A stretch of DNA of 248,000 bases from Hyalangium minutum. GTDB taxonomy: Bacteria; Myxococcota; Myxococcia; Myxococcales; Myxococcaceae. This document shows, one piece after another, positions 243,028 through 248,000 of the stretch. The notes beneath the pieces are model-generated. The model was not told the origin of the DNA, made no database searches, and saw only the letters and a program-made list of their open reading frames with translations. Each line of letters begins with the position of its first letter. The first letter of the stretch is position 1. The stretch spans positions 20,001 to 268,000 of the forward strand of contig NZ_JMCB01000013.1 in the NCBI RefSeq assembly GCF_000737315.1, written 5' to 3'. The translations under genes and the position numbers were made by a program.

Positions 243028-246000
243028 GGACTTTCGCGCTTCTCGAGACGTTGATCGATCAGCACCGGCTCAAGCGAGGCCGGAGGCCCGAGCAGGTCCC
243101 TGAGCGCCGCGAGCGGCAGGAGGTGGACGTCAAGGGGCTGGAGTTGGCCTTGCGCGAGCGGCTCGAAGGGGAGGTGGAGTTTGACGCTGGCAGCCGCGCC
243201 CTCTACGCGACGGATTCCTCGAACTACCGGCAGGTCCCGCTGGGCGTCGTGCGTCCCCGCTCCATCGAGGATGTGATGGAGATCGTCCGTGTCTGCCGCC
243301 GGTTCGGCGCGCCGCTGCTCAGCCGGGGAGGGGGCACGAGCCTGGCGGGCCAGTCGTGCAACGTGGCCGTGGTGATGGACTTCTCCCGGTACCTGAACCG
243401 CATCCTGCACGTGGATCCCGAGCGGAAGCGGGTTCGGGTGCAGCCCGGCGTGGTGCTGGACAACCTGCGCAAGTTCACCATCGACCGCTACCAGCTCACC
243501 TTCGGTCCAGATCCCTCCACGCACAACCGCTGCACTCTGGGAGGCATGATCGGCAACAACGCCTGCGGCACGCACGCGCAGCGGGCGGGGCGGATGGAGT
243601 ACAACGTGGAGGAGCTGGAGGTCCTCACGTACGACGGGCTCCGCCTGCGCGTGGGCCCCACTCCGGAGCCGGAGCTCGAGCGCATCATCCGAGACGGAGG
243701 CCGGCGCGGGCAGCTCTACGCGGGGCTCAAGGCGCTGAGGGACAAGTACGCCCCGCTCATCCGCGAGCGCTACCCGAAGATCCCCCGGCGCGTCTCCGGC
243801 TACAGCCTGGACGAGCTGCTCCCGGAGAAGGGCTTCAACCTGGCCCGGGCCCTGGTGGGCACCGAGGGCACGTGCGTCACCGTCCTGGAGGCCACGCTGC
243901 GGTTGATCCCCGAGCCTCGGGCCCGCTCGCTGGTGGTGCTGGGCTACCCGGATGTGTTCCAGGCCGCGGACCACCTCCCCGAGGTGCTCGAGTCCCAGCC
244001 CATTGCCCTGGAGGGCCTGGATGGGGTGCTCGTGAACGACATGCGCCGCAAGGGCATGCATCCGAAGGACGTCGCGCTGCTGCCCGAGGGCGACGGCTGG
244101 CTCGTCGTGGAGTTCGGAGGGGACTCGAAGGAGGACTCGGACGCGCAGGCCCAGAAGTTGATGTCACGCCTGAAGCGCCACGCCCACGCGCCCACCATGC
244201 GCCTCTATGACAAGCCCGACGTGGAGCACCTCATCTGGGAGGTGCGTGAGTCCGGGCTGGGTGCCACCGCCTTCATTCCGGGCGAGCCGGACGCGTGGGA
244301 GGGTTGGGAGGACTCAGCGGTGGCTCCGGACCAACTGGGAGCCTACCTGCGCGAGTTCAAGAAGCTCCTGGGGAGTTTCGGCTACAGGACGGCGCTCTAC
244401 GGCCACTTCGGCCAGGGCTGCTTGCACTGCCGCATCAACTTCGACTTCACCACGCGCGCGGGCATCCAGAAGTACCGCCGCTTCGTGGAGGAGGCGGCGG
244501 ATCTGGTGGTGAAGCACCACGGCTCGCTCTCGGGCGAGCACGGGGATGGACAGTCCCGCGCGGAGCTGCTGCCGAAGATGTTCGGCGAGGAGCTGGTGCG
244601 TGCCTTCGGCGAGTTCAAGGCGATCTGGGATCCGGCCAACAAGATGAACCCCCACAAGAAGGTGTCGCCCTACCGGGTGGACGAGAACCTGCGGCTGGGC
244701 ACCCAGTACGCGCCGCCCCCGCTGGACACCCACTTCCAGTATCCAGAGGATCGCGGCAGCTTCGCCCGGGCCACCCTGCGCTGCGTGGGCGTGGGCAAGT
244801 GCCGCCGCGAGCAGGGCGGCGTCATGTGCCCCAGCTACATGGTGACGCGCGAGGAGAAGCACTCCACACGTGGCCGGGCGCACCTGCTCTTCGAGATGAT
244901 GCAGGGCGAGCCCCTCAAGGGCGGCTGGCGCAGCGAGCACGTGAAGGACGCGCTGGACTTGTGCCTGTCGTGCAAGGGCTGCAAGTCCGACTGCCCGGTG
245001 AACGTGGACATGGCCACGTACAAGGCCGAGTTCCTCAGTCACTACTACTCGGGCAAGGTGCGGCCGAGGCACGCCTATGCGTTCGGGCTCATCATGTTCT
245101 GGTCGCGGCTCGCCTCGCTGGCGCCTCGGGTGGCCAACTTCTTCACGCAGACGCCGGGGCTCAGCCGCGTGGCGAAGTGGGCGGCAGGAGTGCACCCGGC
245201 GCGGAGCATCCCGCCCTTCGCCCCTCGCTCTTTCCAGAGCCGGGTGCGCGGCCGGAAACCTGCGCCCACCACGCGCGGGCCCGTGGTGCTGTTCCCGGAC
245301 ACCTTCAACAACTTCTTCCACCCGGACACGGCGGGCGCGGCCCTGGAGGTGCTGGAGGCCGCGGGCTTCGAGGTGCGCGTGCCCCAGGGCTTCGTGTGCT
245401 GCGGCCGCCCGCTCTACGACTACGGCATGCTGGACACGGCCAAGGCGTTGCTCCAGCACACCCTCGCTCGCTTCCGCGAGGAGATCCGCGCGGGGGTGCC
245501 CTTCGTCTTTCTGGAGCCGAGCTGCGCAGCTGTGTTCCGGGACGAGCTGGTCAACCTCTTCCCGCATGACGACGACGCGAAGCGCCTGAAGCAGCAGACG
245601 TTCGTGCTGAGCGAGTTGCTGGAGAAGAAGGCGTCGGACTTCCAGGTGCCCACGCTGCGAGGCCGGGCACTGGTGCAGGGCCACTGCCACCACCAGTCGG
245701 TGATGAAGTTCGAGCAAGAGAGCGAGGTGCTGAAGAAGATCGGATTGGACTGGGAGAAGCCAGACTCCGGCTGCTGCGGGATGGCGGGGGCGTTCGGGTA
245801 CGAGGAGTCCCACTACGAGACGAGCGTGGCGTGCGGAGAGCGCGTCATCCTGCCCAAGGTACGGGAGGCGCCGCGAGGCACGCTTGTCATCGCGGACGGG
245901 TTTAGCTGCCGGGAGCAGATCCGGCAGGGCTCGGGGAGGACACCGGTCCACCTGGCGCATGTGCTGTGGGCGGCGCTCCGGCGCAAGCAACACCTGTTGG

Positions 246001-246179
246001 ATCGGGATGAGCCTGAGAAGGCCCTGCTCGAAGAGGCCCAGGCGCTCCTCGTGAGTGGGACCGTCCCGAAGGCGCGGTGGGGCGCCCTGGCAGGCGCTGG
246101 GCTGCTCGCCGTGGGGGCTGCCGCGGGCATCTTCCTTGGTGTTTCCCAGGTGAACAGCTTGAGGAAGAGGCTCTCCTGA
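243024..246179 (+). CDS. FAD-binding and Fe-S-binding oxidoreductase (YdiJ/Dld-II-like)
   Basis: GGGTSLAGQ, SGEHGDG, CVGVGKC, CLSCKGC, CCG. Confidence 0.92.
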   Translation: MRTFALLETLIDQHRLKRGRRPEQVPERRERQEVDVKGLELALRERLEGEVEFDAGSRALYATDSSNYRQVPLGVVRPRSIEDVMEIVRVCRRFGAPLLSRGGGTSLAGQSCNVAVVMDFSRYLNRILHVDPERKRVRVQPGVVLDNLRKFTIDRYQLTFGPDPSTHNRCTLGGMIGNNACGTHAQRAGRMEYNVEELEVLTYDGLRLRVGPTPEPELERIIRDGGRRGQLYAGLKALRDKYAPLIRERYPKIPRRVSGYSLDELLPEKGFNLARALVGTEGTCVTVLEATLRLIPEPRARSLVVLGYPDVFQAADHLPEVLESQPIALEGLDGVLVNDMRRKGMHPKDVALLPEGDGWLVVEFGGDSKEDSDAQAQKLMSRLKRHAHAPTMRLYDKPDVEHLIWEVRESGLGATAFIPGEPDAWEGWEDSAVAPDQLGAYLREFKKLLGSFGYRTALYGHFGQGCLHCRINFDFTTRAGIQKYRRFVEEAADLVVKHHGSLSGEHGDGQSRAELLPKMFGEELVRAFGEFKAIWDPANKMNPHKKVSPYRVDENLRLGTQYAPPPLDTHFQYPEDRGSFARATLRCVGVGKCRREQGGVMCPSYMVTREEKHSTRGRAHLLFEMMQGEPLKGGWRSEHVKDALDLCLSCKGCKSDCPVNVDMATYKAEFLSHYYSGKVRPRHAYAFGLIMFWSRLASLAPRVANFFTQTPGLSRVAKWAAGVHPARSIPPFAPRSFQSRVRGRKPAPTTRGPVVLFPDTFNNFFHPDTAGAALEVLEAAGFEVRVPQGFVCCGRPLYDYGMLDTAKALLQHTLARFREEIRAGVPFVFLEPSCAAVFRDELVNLFPHDDDAKRLKQQTFVLSELLEKKASDFQVPTLRGRALVQGHCHHQSVMKFEQESEVLKKIGLDWEKPDSGCCGMAGAFGYEESHYETSVACGERVILPKVREAPRGTLVIADGFSCREQIRQGSGRTPVHLAHVLWAALRRKQHLLDRDEPEKALLEEAQALLVSGTVPKARWGALAGAGLLAVGAAAGIFLGVSQVNSLRKRLS

Positions 246180-246226
246180 CACGTTCTCCTTTCTCACCTC
246201 ACTCCTGACGCAGACCGAGGCACACG

Positions 246227-248000
246227 ATGAGCGCGACTGTTGGTGACTACTTGCTCTACCGCCTGAGCCAATGGGGGATCCGCCGCATCTACGGGTACCC
246301 GGGAGATGGCATCAACGGCATCATCGGTGCGCTGGGCCGCACCACGGAGTTCCAGTTCATCCAGGCACGCCATGAGGAGATGGCGGCCTTCATGGCGTGC
246401 GCCCACGCCAAGTTCACCGGAGAGGTGGGCGTGTGCCTGGCTACCTCGGGCCCCGGTGCCATCCACCTGCTCAACGGCCTGTATGACGCGAAGCTGGACC
246501 ACCAGCCCGTGGTGGCCATCGTGGGCCAGCAGGCGCGCGCGGCGCTGGGCGGCCACTACCAGCAGGAAGTGGATCTGGTGACGCTCTTCAAGGACGTGGC
246601 CAGTGAATACGTCACCATGGTGACGAAGTCCGCGGCGGTGCGCCACGCGGTGGATCGCGCGGTGCGCATCGCGCAGATCGAGCGCACGGTGACATGCGTC
246701 ATCGTCCCCAATGATCTCCAGGAGGAGACGTACGAGAAGCCCGCGCGGGCCCACGGCACCCTCCACTCCAGCGTCGCCTACAGCGTGCCGCGCGTCCTCC
246801 CGCAGGAGCAGGACCTTCGCCGCGCCGCGGATGTGCTCAACGCGGGCAAGAAGGTGGCCATGCTGGTGGGTGCGGGCGTGCTCAACGCCGCTGACGAGGT
246901 GATGCAGGTGGCCGAGGTACTGGGCGCCGGCGTGGCCAAGGCGCTGCTGGGCAAGGCGGTGCTGCCAGACGATCTGCCCTATGTGACGGGGGCCATCGGC
247001 CTGCTGGGCACCAAGCCTAGCTGGGATCTCATGATGGAGTGCGACACGCTGCTGATGGTGGGCACCAGCTTCCCGTACTCGGAGTTCCTCCCGAAGGAGG
247101 GACAGGCCCGCGGCGTCCAGATTGATCTCGACGGCCGGATGCTGGCCATCCGCTACCCCATGGAGGTGGCGCTGACAGGCGATAGCAAGGAGACGCTGCG
247201 CGCTTTGATTCCCATGCTTCAGCGCAAGCAGGACCGGAGCTGGCGCGAGCAGGTGGAGAAGGGCGTGCGCCAGTGGTGGAAGACGTCCGAGGCGCAGGCG
247301 ATGAACTCAGCCAACCCCATCAACCCGCAGCGGGTGTTCTGGGAGCTGTCGCCCAAGCTGCCAGACGGCGTCATCCTGACGGCGGACTCGGGCTCGGGGA
247401 CGAACTGGTTCGCGCGGGACATCAAGATTCGCAAGGGGATGATGGCCTCTCTGTCCGGCAACCTGGCCACCATGGGCTGCGGGGTGCCCTACGCCATTGG
247501 CGCGAAGTTCGCGTTCCCGCATCGGCCCGTGCTCGCCATGGTGGGGGACGGGGCCATGCAGATGAACGGCAACGGCGAGCTGGTCACCGTGGCCAAGTAC
247601 TGGAAGCAGTGGAAGGACCCGCGCTTCATCATCCTGGTGCTCAACAACCGCGACCTGAACCAGGTGACGTGGGAGCAGCGGGTCATGGCAGGGGATCCGA
247701 AGACGCCGGCGACGCAGGACCTCCCGGATTTCCCTTATGCGAAGTACGCGGAATCGCTGGGTCTCAAGGGCATCCGGGTGGACAGGCCTGAGCAGATCGC
247801 CCGGGCGTGGGACGAGGCGCTGAGCGCGGACCGGCCCGTGGTCTACGAGGCCTATGTGGACCCGGATGTGCCGCCGCTGCCGCCCCACATCACCTTCGAG
247901 CAGGCCACGAATTTCGCCAGGTCCTTGCTGGGCGGTGACGTGGACGCCGGTGGCGTCATGAAGCAGTCCATCAAGGGCATGGTGGACAAGCTGTTGCCGC
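246227..248000 (+). CDS. Thiamine diphosphate enzyme (pyruvate oxidase/PoxB-like), 3' partial
   Basis: YGYPGDGING, ARHEE, GDGAMQM...LNN read from the sequence; absent from the ORF track. Confidence 0.92.
   Translation, partial: MSATVGDYLLYRLSQWGIRRIYGYPGDGINGIIGALGRTTEFQFIQARHEEMAAFMACAHAKFTGEVGVCLATSGPGAIHLLNGLYDAKLDHQPVVAIVGQQARAALGGHYQQEVDLVTLFKDVASEYVTMVTKSAAVRHAVDRAVRIAQIERTVTCVIVPNDLQEETYEKPARAHGTLHSSVAYSVPRVLPQEQDLRRAADVLNAGKKVAMLVGAGVLNAADEVMQVAEVLGAGVAKALLGKAVLPDDLPYVTGAIGLLGTKPSWDLMMECDTLLMVGTSFPYSEFLPKEGQARGVQIDLDGRMLAIRYPMEVALTGDSKETLRALIPMLQRKQDRSWREQVEKGVRQWWKTSEAQAMNSANPINPQRVFWELSPKLPDGVILTADSGSGTNWFARDIKIRKGMMASLSGNLATMGCGVPYAIGAKFAFPHRPVLAMVGDGAMQMNGNGELVTVAKYWKQWKDPRFIILVLNNRDLNQVTWEQRVMAGDPKTPATQDLPDFPYAKYAESLGLKGIRVDRPEQIARAWDEALSADRPVVYEAYVDPDVPPLPPHITFEQATNFARSLLGGDVDAGGVMKQSIKGMVDKLLP

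Overview
High-GC myxobacterial chromosome segment, probably Archangiaceae (Hyalangium/Stigmatella-like). The genus is inferred from gene content and recalled synteny with the M. xanthus asgA-gltX-che4-nuo region. The core backbone holds uvrA/B/C, addAB, purA/M/N, cdnL, cysS, mreCD-mrdA-rodA, hemACD, pdhABC, asgA, gltX with tRNA-Glu and tRNA-Gln, a Che4-type cluster, anmK/murQ, rpmB, accD, folC, lptD, part of the nuo operon, and an ACIII plus A2-type cytochrome oxidase cluster. Small accessory cassettes are interspersed. I saw no CRISPR array, integrase, transposase, reverse transcriptase or rRNA. Main hits: (1) a bacterial metallophosphoesterase that follows the eukaryotic lariat-debranching enzyme Dbr1 motif by motif (17161-18090), notable because myxobacteria make 2'-5' branched msDNA; (2) a self-contained regulon at 168.6-177.0 kb in which a TPR Ser/Thr kinase and an FHA-sigma54 activator sit among three effector-like genes, each preceded by a sigma54-type promoter and copies of a GCTGATGAC-N4-GTCATCAGC palindrome; (3) two paralogous lipoprotein + Cys-rich cassettes lying inside the hem and nuo clusters, one frameshifted; (4) a G(C/A)AAC(T/C)-N15/16-CGA(T/A)AAT promoter motif at three loci, one upstream of an unannotated 45-aa ORF; (5) a recurring FadR-type operator; (6) a structured intergenic RNA candidate near 8.4-8.7 kb. 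All family calls come from reading motifs by eye, not from database searches.
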